From positions 273,777 to 337,776 of the forward strand of contig JAFGCJ010000002.1 of the NCBI GenBank assembly GCA_016932785.1: 64,000 bases of DNA. Reading direction: 5' to 3'. Source of the DNA: Candidatus Dojkabacteria bacterium. Lineage in GTDB: Bacteria; Patescibacteriota; Dojkabacteria; SC72; JAFGCJ01. Positions 1 through 9,170 of this stretch are shown one piece after another. How positions within the stretch are numbered: the stretch's first letter is position 1; every line of letters begins with the position of its first letter. A model generated the notes under the pieces. That model had not been told where the DNA came from. It was given only the letters and a program-made list of their open reading frames with translations, and searched no databases. A program made the position numbers and the translations under genes.

Positions 1-526
1 TGACAAGATTAACCTCACCACTTTCAACAATTTCTGCCATACTATCTATGTAACCACCCATACCTTTTATTTGCGGTGTAAATAGCGGGCTATCCGATCC
101 TAATGCTTTTTGCTGGTCATGGGTCATAATGGCATTATCATAATATGGGGTAACGGTGAAGCCTAAACCGTACAAATCAGGCCTTAAATCATCATAGCTT
201 GTAAGCCGGTGAGGTAGCATATCGGCCTTACACACTAAGAAATGTCTCTTACCTAAAGCATGTCCAAATTGTATAGAAGCCCCGAATATAGTCACAGTCT
301 GCTGATTAAGACTAAAACGGATAGCACCTTCAGGAAAAAATGATGGATCGAAAACAGGATCAACAACACATGGAAGAGGGAAAAACTCGTCCGATAATGT
401 TCCAACACGTTCTCCGAGAGCTCTTCTAGCAGAATTAATTGTACTAACGCCAAGGAAATAGAGCACATTCTCTCTAGTATCGGGTTTCAAAGTTTTTGGG
501 TCATCGTATCGTTCAGTTATAAACAA
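1..526 (-). CDS. partial CDS: N-terminal ~175 codons of an unrecognised soluble protein (C-terminus beyond window edge)
   Basis: Hand translation of the minus strand is open from an in-frame stop at 551-553 down to nt 1 (..LFITERYDDPKTLKPDTRENVLYFLGVSTINSARRALGERVGTL..IKGMGGYIDSMAEIVESGEVNLV). It is absent from the ORF track because it has no stop in the window. There is no ATG; TTG at 526-524 is the first candidate start. Family not recognised. Confidence 0.5.
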   Translation of the reverse strand, partial: MFITERYDDPKTLKPDTRENVLYFLGVSTINSARRALGERVGTLSDEFFPLPCVVDPVFDPSFFPEGAIRFSLNQQTVTIFGASIQFGHALGKRHFLVCKADMLPHRLTSYDDLRPDLYGLGFTVTPYYDNAIMTHDQQKALGSDSPLFTPQIKGMGGYIDSMAEIVESGEVNLV

Positions 527-818
527 TATGTCAAGTGTTTTGATCTTAGATTATTTAGCCTAATAAATTATACTCCAAGTTAGGCCTTATCGCACGAACA
601 ATTATTATTGAATTTACATAATCCATTCCCAATATTTACATCACTCAACCAACTTATATCAAAAATGATTTACATTCTATCTCATTAACTCACCAATCTT
701 TCTAAAACCCGACTTACTTAGCACCTAAAAACCTTTAAGTGGCCTAACCCAGAAGAAATATTGTTTTTCCATAATAAGTGCTATAAACTTAAATAATACT
801 TTATTAAACAGTCCGTCT

Positions 819-1580
819 ATGGAAATCCTTCTATATTCACTCCTCTTATCATTAGGAATTCAGATTCTATTTTTTATTTTTGCTTTCCTTTTAAAGACGG
901 ACAAACTTACTGACCTTACATACGGGTTGACCTTCATAATTCTAGTTTTTTTCGCGATTACCCTGTCTCCTATGATTACAGTCAACAAAATAATCTTATT
1001 AGCAATGATCTGTTTATGGGCCCTAAGATTAATTTCCTACCTGTTCTATAGAATCAACAAAATGAAAAAGGATACACGGTTTGATGAGATGAGAACTGAT
1101 TTCCTCAAATTCGCACGGTTCTGGATCTTTCAGGGAATTTCAGTATGGATAATAATGCTCCCGTCATTAATATATTTTTCCCAACTAAAGTCTCACAGTT
1201 TCTCTATAGTCTCGGTATTAGGAATTATCATTTGGTTTACTGGACTATTGATTGAAACAATCGCTGACATTCAAAAGTTTATGTTTAAAAGCAAACCTGA
1301 GAATAAAGGCCTATGGATCGAATCGGGTCTATGGAAATATTCCCGTCATCCAAATTATTTCGGTGAAATTCTTTGCTGGGTAGGAGTTTTTACATTCATT
1401 ACGCCGATATTACGAAACTGGGAATTTTTAACAGTAATAAGCCCGTTATATATCACAACATTATTACTTTTTGTATCAGGAATCCCAATATTGGAAAAAA
1501 GATATAACGAACGCTACAAGAACAACAGAGATTATCAGGAGTACAAAAACTCAACAAGCTTGTTGATACCACTGCCATAG
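819..1580 (+). CDS. DUF1295 / steroid 5-alpha-reductase-like polytopic membrane protein
   Basis: 253-aa multi-TM ORF. The C-terminal WKYSRHPNYFGEILCWVG motif is typical of the DUF1295/ICMT-fold family. Confidence 0.75.
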   Translation: MEILLYSLLLSLGIQILFFIFAFLLKTDKLTDLTYGLTFIILVFFAITLSPMITVNKIILLAMICLWALRLISYLFYRINKMKKDTRFDEMRTDFLKFARFWIFQGISVWIIMLPSLIYFSQLKSHSFSIVSVLGIIIWFTGLLIETIADIQKFMFKSKPENKGLWIESGLWKYSRHPNYFGEILCWVGVFTFITPILRNWEFLTVISPLYITTLLLFVSGIPILEKRYNERYKNNRDYQEYKNSTSLLIPLP

Positions 1581-1759
1581 AAACTTCTCCGAAAATATCT
1601 TGGAAGTTGACATTATCGCTCCAAAATCCGTCCCAAAATTTACCCTACTGCTTTTATAACGAAATTACGCTATAATATGTAACTTAAGAAATGAACACAG
1701 TAATCTTAAAACCATTATCTCTAGTAATTTCCAGTATTAATTTTTAATTACCTTATATT

Positions 1760-1969
1760 ATGGCAACTGGTACAGTTAAAACAGTTACCGACAGAGGTTT
1801 CGGCTTCATAAAGCAAGACGATTCAGAAAACGAAATCTTCTATCATGAGTCCTCTCTAGAAGGCGATCTTGCCGAGAGGAAATTGAAAGTCGGTGACAAG
1901 GTCAGCTTTGAGGTTGAACAAGCCGAAAAAGGACCAAGGGCAGTAAATATTGCACTCGCAGAAGAATAA
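1760..1969 (+). CDS. cold-shock domain protein (CspA family)
   Basis: 69 aa. GTVKTVTDRGFGFIKQDD is an RNP-1-like (K/R)GFGFI motif and EIFYHES is RNP-2-like. Size is typical for a cold-shock domain protein. Confidence 0.9.
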   Translation: MATGTVKTVTDRGFGFIKQDDSENEIFYHESSLEGDLAERKLKVGDKVSFEVEQAEKGPRAVNIALAEE

Positions 1970-1997
1970 TTCCTCGAGCGCATTCTTATTGTAAATG

Positions 1998-2029
1998 AAA
2001 GAGAAGGTACACATGTATCTTCTCTTTTT
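1998..2029 (+). terminator. rho-independent terminator after the csp gene
   Basis: Hairpin AAAGAGAAGGTAC / GTATCTTCTCTTT followed by a T-run, about 30 nt after the stop at 1969. Confidence 0.75.
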
Positions 2030-2437
2030 GGTCATCCAACGAAAAAACGTATTCTACAGATTTTTCATACCGAGCTTGATACAGCGCCAGCTAGAGAGAG
2101 TTCTTTCTTTGAAACAGACATTAAAGAAATAGAGATTTTCGCGACACATCTTGCTCACTTCGAATATAAAAAACAGACAGAAACCAGAGATACAATAATT
2201 GGAATAGTGACAATGGACGTCAATCCGGTTAATATTGCCTGATCTGATTTTCAAAAAGTATTGCGTTATAACCAACAGTTCCCACGTTTGTTTCATTACC
2301 TATCCCATCTTGTCTCAAAGACGTCCTATTCTTTCAAAACACCTCCTCGTAATGTATCATTGAAGATATGGTTTATACGTATCTACGAGACACCATGCAG
2401 CAGATGCCAAACCTCGAAAATAGATAAAAAAGTGATT

Positions 2438-3199
2438 ATGTTTTCACAAGTTTTACAAAAAACTACTCAAGAAATAGCTCAGGAAATTGTTGCTGCTTAT
2501 AATTCTTCAAGTGGAATTTTCTCAAATAAGATCAACGCAGAGGATTTAACACCAGTAACAACCATTGACAACAAAATTCAATATTTATTTTGGGTAATCC
2601 AGTTGGATTACGCAACAAAATCATCGTTACTTTATAAAAATGCCCATAACCTATGGGAAGATAATAATCAATGGGTTAGCGTAGATTACTTGCAATCTAT
2701 ACCAGACAAGGAGTTAATGAATATGATTCTCACAAAACTACACCCCAGATATCCAAAAGAGATATACATTCGATTCAAAACAAATGCTGATAAGCTGAAG
2801 TCCGATTATTCTTCTAAAGCAATTAACATCGTCAAAAATTCTGACTCTGCAAATGAGTTACTTAAAAGAATCAGGGACTTTAGAGGATTCGGCCCCAAGC
2901 TCGGTAACTTACTCACACGGACCTATATAGACATTCTGGATCTAAAATATAATGACCTAGACTCAATAATGCCTCCTGTAGATATACATGATGTGAGACA
3001 AACTTACGAATGGGGCTTAATTAATGACAAGAGCATGACAAACAAAAACATCAACACCGTAAAGAAAATCTGGAATAGAGCCTGTATTGAGTCAAAAGTA
3101 AGCTGGATAAAATTTGATAAAGCACTTTGGCTTCTCGGATCAGAAGGAAAAAGGACAGGTAATTTAGCGAAAGACTTTGACGATAATTTAGGTTTGTAA
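2438..3199 (+). CDS. HhH-GPD-like DNA glycosylase superfamily protein (tentative)
   Basis: ORF 2261..3199 trimmed to Met60 (MFSQVLQK..). FRGFGPKLGNLL is a helix-hairpin-helix-type loop. It is followed by PPVDIHDVRQT, which resembles the vDtHv.Rv segment of endonuclease III/AlkA-type enzymes. Catalytic residues were not verified. Confidence 0.45.
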   Translation: MFSQVLQKTTQEIAQEIVAAYNSSSGIFSNKINAEDLTPVTTIDNKIQYLFWVIQLDYATKSSLLYKNAHNLWEDNNQWVSVDYLQSIPDKELMNMILTKLHPRYPKEIYIRFKTNADKLKSDYSSKAINIVKNSDSANELLKRIRDFRGFGPKLGNLLTRTYIDILDLKYNDLDSIMPPVDIHDVRQTYEWGLINDKSMTNKNINTVKKIWNRACIESKVSWIKFDKALWLLGSEGKRTGNLAKDFDDNLGL

Positions 3200-3262
3200 T
3201 GACTATTCTTGCCTCTAACGGCAATTTTTCACCACGATTTCAAGCACTTCTTAGTTGAAATT

Positions 3263-3898
3263 CTACATTTCTGAATCAGGAGACAGACTCGTCCATTTCA
3301 CCTTAGTTTTATCATTTTTATCAACCACGCAATTATACTTTTTGCCTACCTGGAAATAAGACAGACTATACTCTGGAAGAGGTATCTCCTTAGAGAAGGA
3401 ATACTTTTCAATCTCATCTCCTGATATCTCCAAGATGAACTTGTACAACTGATTTCCGTCCTTCTTGCGATCTGTCTTCTCAATCCCAAGAATTTCTGCA
3501 ACTCCAGATTTACCAGGTGTAAAATCTTCTGTGACATTGCCCACTACATTTTTGGGCTTCGGATCATCGGTATTATCAAAAAAAACTTTTGTTTTATCTT
3601 GCGGATCGTACTTAACGTAGAACATGTTCCCGGGCTGAAACAACGAAGTCTCCAATCTCGATATAATCGTTCTAATTGAGGCCTTAAATGGCTCTTCTCC
3701 TTCAGGATAAACCTCAAGCTCTACAACTACTAAGGGCTGATCATTTACAGTCATATATCCGGCACCACTCTCCGATAGTTTGATAACTTTTGCCACAGCA
3801 CTTTTACCTGTCTCCAAAACTCTTTTCTGTTCAGAATCTCCGAAAAATGCCTTAAAGGTAGTACCCAATGACGCAAAAAGATTGCTGAAGTAGCCCAT
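3263..3898 (-). CDS. hypothetical protein
   Basis: ORF 3263..3952 trimmed to Met19 (MGYFSNLFASLG..). Long uninterrupted frame with no motif recognised. Confidence 0.5.
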   Translation of the reverse strand: MGYFSNLFASLGTTFKAFFGDSEQKRVLETGKSAVAKVIKLSESGAGYMTVNDQPLVVVELEVYPEGEEPFKASIRTIISRLETSLFQPGNMFYVKYDPQDKTKVFFDNTDDPKPKNVVGNVTEDFTPGKSGVAEILGIEKTDRKKDGNQLYKFILEISGDEIEKYSFSKEIPLPEYSLSYFQVGKKYNCVVDKNDKTKVKWTSLSPDSEM

Positions 3899-4023
3899 GA
3901 TTAGAGTAACCAATTTATTAACAAGATAATAGCCTCTCTGATGACCAAACACAATCCTTAATTCCTACCCCATCTAGAACCTCCCATTGACAACATATTT
4001 TCTGTAGACTAACATGAAAAAGT

Positions 4024-4545
4024 ATGACAGCTACTATTTCACCTCCAACAGAATCGCCTGGCGAAGACACACTAGGACCAGCAGAAGAACATGATGAAAT
4101 GGCACAACCCGAAGCAACTCCTGTACAAGAAACTGAAAGGCTCGGTCCTATACGTAAACTCCTCGATGTCTTCCAAGAAGCAATGGTACGGCTCGAACTC
4201 ACCGAATCACGAGAACAAATTATTGAGGCTTACGCTGTAGGTCTTCAGCAAATTGACGAAGGGATCGCATCAAGAAAATACGACCCAAGATTGGGTTTGG
4301 TCGCGGCAGGAACACTATGTACAAACTGGCAATGGCGAGGAATGCCAAATGGTATAGACCGTATAGAAGCGCAAAGTTTCGTCCTCGTGCATAACAAATT
4401 CAATAGAAGAACTCCCATCACCATCATACCAAGAGAAGAACCGGTATATGAGGAGATACCGACAGGAAGAGGACACGACGAGGGAACTTGGTCTATTCAG
4501 GAACTCTCATTACACGCAAAAAAAGTAAGTCAACAAAATCCATAA
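4024..4545 (+). CDS. hypothetical protein (G+C-rich ORFan)
   Basis: 173-aa ORF preceded by TTGACA-N17-TAACAT. It is visibly G+C-richer than its neighbours, with alternate-frame shadow ORFs at 3918..4202 and 4245..4427. Confidence 0.5.
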   Translation: MTATISPPTESPGEDTLGPAEEHDEMAQPEATPVQETERLGPIRKLLDVFQEAMVRLELTESREQIIEAYAVGLQQIDEGIASRKYDPRLGLVAAGTLCTNWQWRGMPNGIDRIEAQSFVLVHNKFNRRTPITIIPREEPVYEEIPTGRGHDEGTWSIQELSLHAKKVSQQNP

Positions 4546-4716
4546 GAGAATTTTTTAATCTCAAACATCACTTTCATCGAAACTTATCGCACGGCTCACC
4601 AACTCAGGCTGTCATATTTTTAAGGATGTAGATCGGAATTTCACCTTTACAGCAAAAATCCACCAGATCGAGTAGTCCTGTCTGTACCCCTACGCTAAAT
4701 CAGACTTAACCGAGAT

Positions 4717-5937
4717 CTATGATTCCTTAGTTTTTGACCTCCGCCTAACTACAAAGATCACAATAATTACTACAACAACACCGAAAACAAAGCAGACTAG
4801 ACCGCCACAAACCAAGAACACCCACGTGTAACTCACCAAATCATCATCTTCATCAACCTCCTCCTCTTTCTCATCAAAGCCATACTCATCCTGCTCATAC
4901 TCTATAAATATTTCCTTCTCCTCTTCGGTAAGTTTTTCATAATCTGGAATATCCATCACTTCCGAGACATACCCAGTATCATCAATATAGAGGTAACCCC
5001 CTTCGCCCAGTTCGGTCACCTCTCCATTGATTGAATCAGTAATTTCCAATGTTCCTTCATAAGTAAAGTATTCCGATATACCTATCTGATCATCATATCG
5101 AACCTTAAACGTCGTACCCCTAACTCCAACAGTCGAGGTTGGAGTCTCAATCTCGAACTTGGCACGAACTCCCTTCGGAGTATGAACATTCGTTGTCACC
5201 TCACCCATTCTTAAGCTGATAGCAGTCTTTGCAAGATTTCCCTGAACAAAAAACTGAGCGATGGCAAAATTCGTCATTTCCTTAATGTCCATCTCGGCTA
5301 CCTTCTCGAAAACAACAGTACAACGTGACTCAAATCCGGTAGCAATATAATCACCCATATGAAGCTTATCTCCAACCTTTGCTTCCCTATAGGAATCATT
5401 CCCACGTATTTGAACTTCCACATCACCCTCGATCCTCTTAATTACAACCTCAAGATCTTCTGAAAATGTAATTTTATCACTCCCCATAGATGCTTCCGTG
5501 CAACAGTCGCTTAATACTTCTTCACAATCTCGTTGTACATAATACTGGCTGTTACAGTTATCAACGCAGTCACAATATGCTTTTATCTCATCATACCAAT
5601 CGTATGCGTAAGTCCCAGGCGTTACTCTATCCTCCCAACCAACACAGGTCCCCGGACTATCAAAGGAAGTATACCTCACAATCGAGTTACAGCCTGAATT
5701 TCCAACACATTCGTTATATGCATCTAGATTACTCTCCGGCAAAGTCGCTCGATTCTGCTGGCATTCATTGTACTCATCCTCACATTCTTGTGATTCAGAC
5801 TCACTTACATCAGGATCATTACAGATGTTCGTATACTGCGCATTTGCTGACTCAAAGTTTGAGAAGAAAAGTACCACAAATACTGCTACACCAAGAGAAA
5901 AAGTTAGTAAAGTAAAAGCGCTATATTTAAGCTTCAT
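4717..5937 (-). CDS. membrane-anchored Cys-rich protein with FecR-like domain
   Basis: N-terminal signal/TM (FTLLTFSLGVAVFVVLFF), then a Cys-rich acidic region. KVGDKLHMGDYIATGFESRCTVVF resembles the FecR-domain core. There is a C-terminal TM plus a basic tail. Confidence 0.6.
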   Translation of the reverse strand: MKLKYSAFTLLTFSLGVAVFVVLFFSNFESANAQYTNICNDPDVSESESQECEDEYNECQQNRATLPESNLDAYNECVGNSGCNSIVRYTSFDSPGTCVGWEDRVTPGTYAYDWYDEIKAYCDCVDNCNSQYYVQRDCEEVLSDCCTEASMGSDKITFSEDLEVVIKRIEGDVEVQIRGNDSYREAKVGDKLHMGDYIATGFESRCTVVFEKVAEMDIKEMTNFAIAQFFVQGNLAKTAISLRMGEVTTNVHTPKGVRAKFEIETPTSTVGVRGTTFKVRYDDQIGISEYFTYEGTLEITDSINGEVTELGEGGYLYIDDTGYVSEVMDIPDYEKLTEEEKEIFIEYEQDEYGFDEKEEEVDEDDDLVSYTWVFLVCGGLVCFVFGVVVVIIVIFVVRRRSKTKES

Positions 5938-5977
5938 TGCTGTTTTTATAAAAATTTGAATAGTCCGATGATCGGTT

Positions 5978-6163
5978 CTACAGATTCAGATAACTCATCA
6001 ACTCGTAGACCATAAATGCCGGCCATACAATAGCCTTAAGAATACCTAGCACTCCGACCCAAAATCCACTCGCAGTCGAAATGAAGTAGATAACGGCTCC
6101 AATAAAACCCAGGCCATATATTGCACCCGCAGGGGCAGCATAGGAAACATGCTTCTTCGCCAT
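5978..6163 (-). CDS. small two-TM membrane protein
   Basis: 61-aa ORF with two clear hydrophobic helices (GAIYGLGFIGAVIYFI; GVLGILKAIVWPAFMV). Confidence 0.5.
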   Translation of the reverse strand: MAKKHVSYAAPAGAIYGLGFIGAVIYFISTASGFWVGVLGILKAIVWPAFMVYELMSYLNL

Positions 6164-6295
6164 TAAAATCGATAAATAATGTTAAATAAATCGCCTTCTT
6201 TGTAGAATCTAAAATATACCATTCTGCAAAATTATCGTCCAGTTAGGTGTTAGCTAGTGTTCGTGAGAGTTCATAACATCTGCTAAAATAGGATC

Positions 6296-6973
6296 ATGAA
6301 CAACATTGACGTAAAAAAACTAAAGCTTTTTGTTTGCTCAACAACAATTACATCTCGGCTTCTTCCAAAGTTTGAAGACTTTGTTGGACGGAAAGCCGAT
6401 GGAATGAAGGTGGCTTTTATACCCGATGGCGCATTAGCCGAAGAAGGCAGCGAAAAATGGATCAACGAGTTTCAAAACAGTCTCAAAAAAATCGGATTCA
6501 AGTTAACAGAATACCACCTGGGAAAAGTACAAGATAAAAATCATTCATCACTTCTTGCTTTCGATGCTATTTTAGTAGCAGGTGGATCAAGTTGAAAATT
6601 AATAGATCTTTACCGAAAAACCCGTTTCGATGTCTTCCTTAATCAAGCTTTCGAAAAAGGAATAACATATATCGGCTCCAGTGCGTCAGGTATGATACTA
6701 TCATCATCTTTGGATTCGTCAGACTGGTACATCGGAGAAGAGGAACGGGGAACAAAAGAAATTCAGGGACTTGGGTATCTTTCCTTCCAAGTTTATCCTC
6801 ACTTTGAAGAAAAATTTCTTCCGGAAATATTAAAAAAGAGAAACCATGGGCTCAATTACTTACTACTAAAAGATGGTGAGGCTTTTTCGTATGATGGGCA
6901 GGTAATGAAGTTTTATGGAGAGAAGAACCTATATCCCAGGGATGATATAGACAATTTACGACCTACAAGCTGA
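6296..6973 (+). pseudogene. peptidase S51 (dipeptidase E/cyanophycinase family) interrupted by one in-frame TGA
   Basis: ORFs 6296..6595 and 6692..6973 are in the same frame, and hand translation of 6596-6691 is open. The only interruption is TGA at 6593-6595. The joined product reads ..AILVAGGSS*KLIDLY..ITYIGSSASGMIL.. This matches the GGGNTFxLL and catalytic GxSAG motifs of PepE-like enzymes. Confidence 0.7.
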
Positions 6974-6979
6974 AAGAGT

Positions 6980-6994
6980 AACCGAATGACACGG
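6980..6994. repeat. left arm of a 15-bp perfect inverted repeat bracketing the 7.0-8.0 kb G+C-rich cassette
   Basis: AACCGAATGACACGG is the exact reverse complement of 8013-8027. Confidence 0.8.
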
Positions 6995-7026
6995 GTAAAA
7001 AAGGAGAAATTGGCAAGAAAATTCGG

Positions 7027-7260
7027 CTACTCTTCGTCTCTGGTTTCACCTCCTTGTATAAGGGTGGTTTGACGAGCTCGAAGCTCGTTTTCGCACTTTT
7101 CGCACAAATGCGAAATTCTCGTCAAGCCAAAACTTTTTATGTGATGGTCGCAAAACCACTTCTTGCAACCGTCACATTTAATGACTGCATTATTTCCGCA
7201 GCCTCTATGACATTTGACAAGAAATCCTATGTAGGGTCGGAAGGCCCTTCTTTTAGCCAT
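7027..7260 (-). CDS. small AN1-like zinc-finger protein
   Basis: MAKRRAFRPY.. start chosen (ORF track gives 7281). The Cys/His pattern C-x3-C-x7-C-x2-C-x4-C-x2-H..H-x-C plus CEKC resembles an AN1-type two-zinc finger. It overlaps the upstream gene by 8 nt, suggesting translational coupling. Confidence 0.55.
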   Translation of the reverse strand: MAKRRAFRPYIGFLVKCHRGCGNNAVIKCDGCKKWFCDHHIKSFGLTRISHLCEKCENELRARQTTLIQGGETRDEE

Positions 7261-7933
7261 CTTGACCTCCTTCCCCACCACTGCAAAACTTCTCTAGGGT
7301 AAGGGGTATTCCCTCACCCGAGATCTCTCCGTCGAGAGATCGCTGATGGATAGCCTCGAAGTGCTCGCAAGTAACCGTCTCCCCAGGAATCCAGCGAACC
7401 GGTTTACACATGATCAACCAGCTCCTCGCATATTCCGCTCCCAGAAGACATTGTTCGTCTTCCTTTAGATACAGACTAGCGAGTCCGTCCTTTACGACGG
7501 TTTCTTCGCTAGCCGGAAGGCCTTCAGGAGAGAACACGTACGCATACATATTCCCTGTGACTTCCTTTTTCCAAATAACTGCTCGTTTCTTAGGTCCAAC
7601 AGTGCCTATCCAGACCTTAATGAGTACGACTTCGTCGAAGTCGTACCCAAATACGGCCATGCCGCCGGAATGGTCGTAATACTCAAAACAACCGGTCCAA
7701 CGCACCTGTTGACCGGTCTGAGGATTTACAACTTTTCTCGGAAGATTCTTGGCCTCTTCCGGGAGATTTTCAAACCCACATTCTTCAAACTCACCAGTCT
7801 GCTGAATTTCCTCAACCTCGGCATTTGCCTCGCCGAGAGTCATGTATTGTTGCTTGTTCAATTGATCAGCAACAATAACCAAAACCACCAATAAAACGAC
7901 TATAAGAATAGCCAAAAGAAATTCGTTCCTCAT
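7253..7933 (-). CDS. membrane-anchored hypothetical protein (G+C-rich ORFan)
   Basis: AAGGAGG RBS 6 nt before the ATG at 7933. N-terminal TM LLAILIVVLLVVLVIV. No family motif recognised. Confidence 0.6.
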   Translation of the reverse strand: MRNEFLLAILIVVLLVVLVIVADQLNKQQYMTLGEANAEVEEIQQTGEFEECGFENLPEEAKNLPRKVVNPQTGQQVRWTGCFEYYDHSGGMAVFGYDFDEVVLIKVWIGTVGPKKRAVIWKKEVTGNMYAYVFSPEGLPASEETVVKDGLASLYLKEDEQCLLGAEYARSWLIMCKPVRWIPGETVTCEHFEAIHQRSLDGEISGEGIPLTLEKFCSGGEGGQDG

Positions 7934-7958
7934 CGTCGGCCTCCTTTTTCGTTTTTAT

Positions 7959-8010
7959 GTTGAACCAGAACAAAACCCACAAAAACATGCTGGCTTTATT
8001 CTGGTTCAAC
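7959..8010 (-). promoter_or_regulatory. 12-bp perfect stem hairpin in the 5' region of the cassette
   Basis: GTTGAACCAGAA (7959-7970) and TTCTGGTTCAAC (7999-8010) with a 28-nt loop. It sits between the right IR arm and the RBS of 7933. Confidence 0.6.
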
Positions 8011-8012
8011 TT

Positions 8013-8027
8013 CCGTGTCATTCGGTT
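8013..8027. repeat. right arm of the 15-bp inverted repeat
   Basis: CCGTGTCATTCGGTT followed by TTTAAAG. Exact complement of 6980-6994. Confidence 0.8.
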
Positions 8028-8153
8028 TTTAAAGATCGTCTGTTTTACCAGACCTATAGTATTGTACCATTTGTTGACCTATGTCATCAACACAACCACG
8101 GAAACCCAGATGCACAATAAGGATAAATAAACCGCGAAAATATTAGATTTGCT

Positions 8154-9170
8154 TCAATTCCGACTCCCATCAAAATCCATATATCTGCTCACCCACTCTT
8201 TAAAAGTCCATTCTTTATTCCACCACACCCTGTCTGTCCGCTGGACCCATTCCCAAATAATGGTTCTATCGTGCAACATAAAAACTTTCCACCTCTCTTC
8301 AAATTCCTCCTGTTTTCCTTGAGCCTCAAGATAAGCATTCACAAATGCATATGCCAAATCAACATTTTCCGTATCAAAATATACGCTAAACATTCGCGAC
8401 AAATCGGCCTCCCCGTTTCCAAAACTTGATTCCATAAGATCAAACAAACCCGTTACCTCCCAGGAATCATCAACCTTATCAACAACCATATTTCCAGGTT
8501 TGTAATCCTGCATAACAAAGGCAACCTCAAATGGCATTTTCATAGAGGGCCTCGCTTTATCCAGGATATCTTGAGCCCACTCAACTTCAGAATCGGGTGT
8601 CATCTTATTATATCCACGTGATTTTTCTAGGCGATCCATAATTTCTCCTTCGTACCATGTGACATAATCAGGTTTGAATGGAATAACGTTGCTCGTCTCA
8701 ATATCGTATTTACCGGGAAAATCCCATGTAAGTTTTTGAGCTTCGGCAAGCATCCGCCCCTGTGCTTTTGCTATCTCGAGTCTATCCTCCTTTGAAAAAT
8801 CGGCATCATCTATACTGTCAGACAAGTGATGACCGGACATTCTAGGCATGATGACATAAGACCAGCCAAATATAGACTCATCTTCATCAAGAAGATACGG
8901 CCAAGGGACCGGAACCTTCGTTTGTTCGTGAAGAAGATCGGCAAAAAATTTTTCAGTTTTGAATTGCCAAGGATAATGCGGAACACCACGAAGTACATAT
9001 TCCCCCTTGCTACTTGTCAAAAACATATTCTGTCCAAACAGCCCTGCTTCAGTCTCAGCAGTATCTCTCAATTTGCCAAGATCAAACTTATCAAGCGCTT
9101 TTTGAAGCTGGGAATCCGATATTTCTCCGAGTCTGTCTGAGTATTTTTTAGATTTATTGGTCTTATTCAT
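8154..9170 (-). CDS. phosphotransferase enzyme family protein (APH/choline-kinase-like fold)
   Basis: 338 aa. VMQDYKPGNMVV is a catalytic-loop-like xDxKPGN motif and TGLFDLMES is the D-x-x metal-binding-segment equivalent. Substrate unknown. Confidence 0.6.
   Translation of the reverse strand: MNKTNKSKKYSDRLGEISDSQLQKALDKFDLGKLRDTAETEAGLFGQNMFLTSSKGEYVLRGVPHYPWQFKTEKFFADLLHEQTKVPVPWPYLLDEDESIFGWSYVIMPRMSGHHLSDSIDDADFSKEDRLEIAKAQGRMLAEAQKLTWDFPGKYDIETSNVIPFKPDYVTWYEGEIMDRLEKSRGYNKMTPDSEVEWAQDILDKARPSMKMPFEVAFVMQDYKPGNMVVDKVDDSWEVTGLFDLMESSFGNGEADLSRMFSVYFDTENVDLAYAFVNAYLEAQGKQEEFEERWKVFMLHDRTIIWEWVQRTDRVWWNKEWTFKEWVSRYMDFDGSRN

Noticed and set aside
2054-2296. Small or overlapping track ORFs: 2054..2296, 3346..3537, 5490..5915, 5768..5959, 6283..6465, 13854..14072, 22391..22627, 24936..25145, 35912..36103, 40874..41116, 41491..41836, 60382..60612 and 61693..62004.
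   Set aside because: Each lies antisense to or out of frame within a better-supported gene, or inside an RNA element (the T-box leaders or the tRNA). They show low-complexity or Cys/Arg-rich shadow-frame composition and no RBS.
6593-6595. Genome-wide UGA reassignment (genetic code 4 or 25), as seen in some candidate phyla, as the explanation for the in-frame TGA.
   Set aside because: Well-supported genes terminate on TGA (6971-6973, 11700-11702, 28690-28692, 60289-60291). ORFs of 700-1243 codons are intact under the standard code. The TGA therefore looks like a local event.
7959-8010. Integron attC site: the hairpin arms start with GTTGAAC and end with GTTCAAC, resembling the R'/R'' core sites.
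   Set aside because: The order is GTTRRRY...RYYYAAC, the reverse of attC (RYYYAAC...GTTRRRY). The stem is perfect, without the extrahelical bases typical of attC. No integrase or attI is present in the window.
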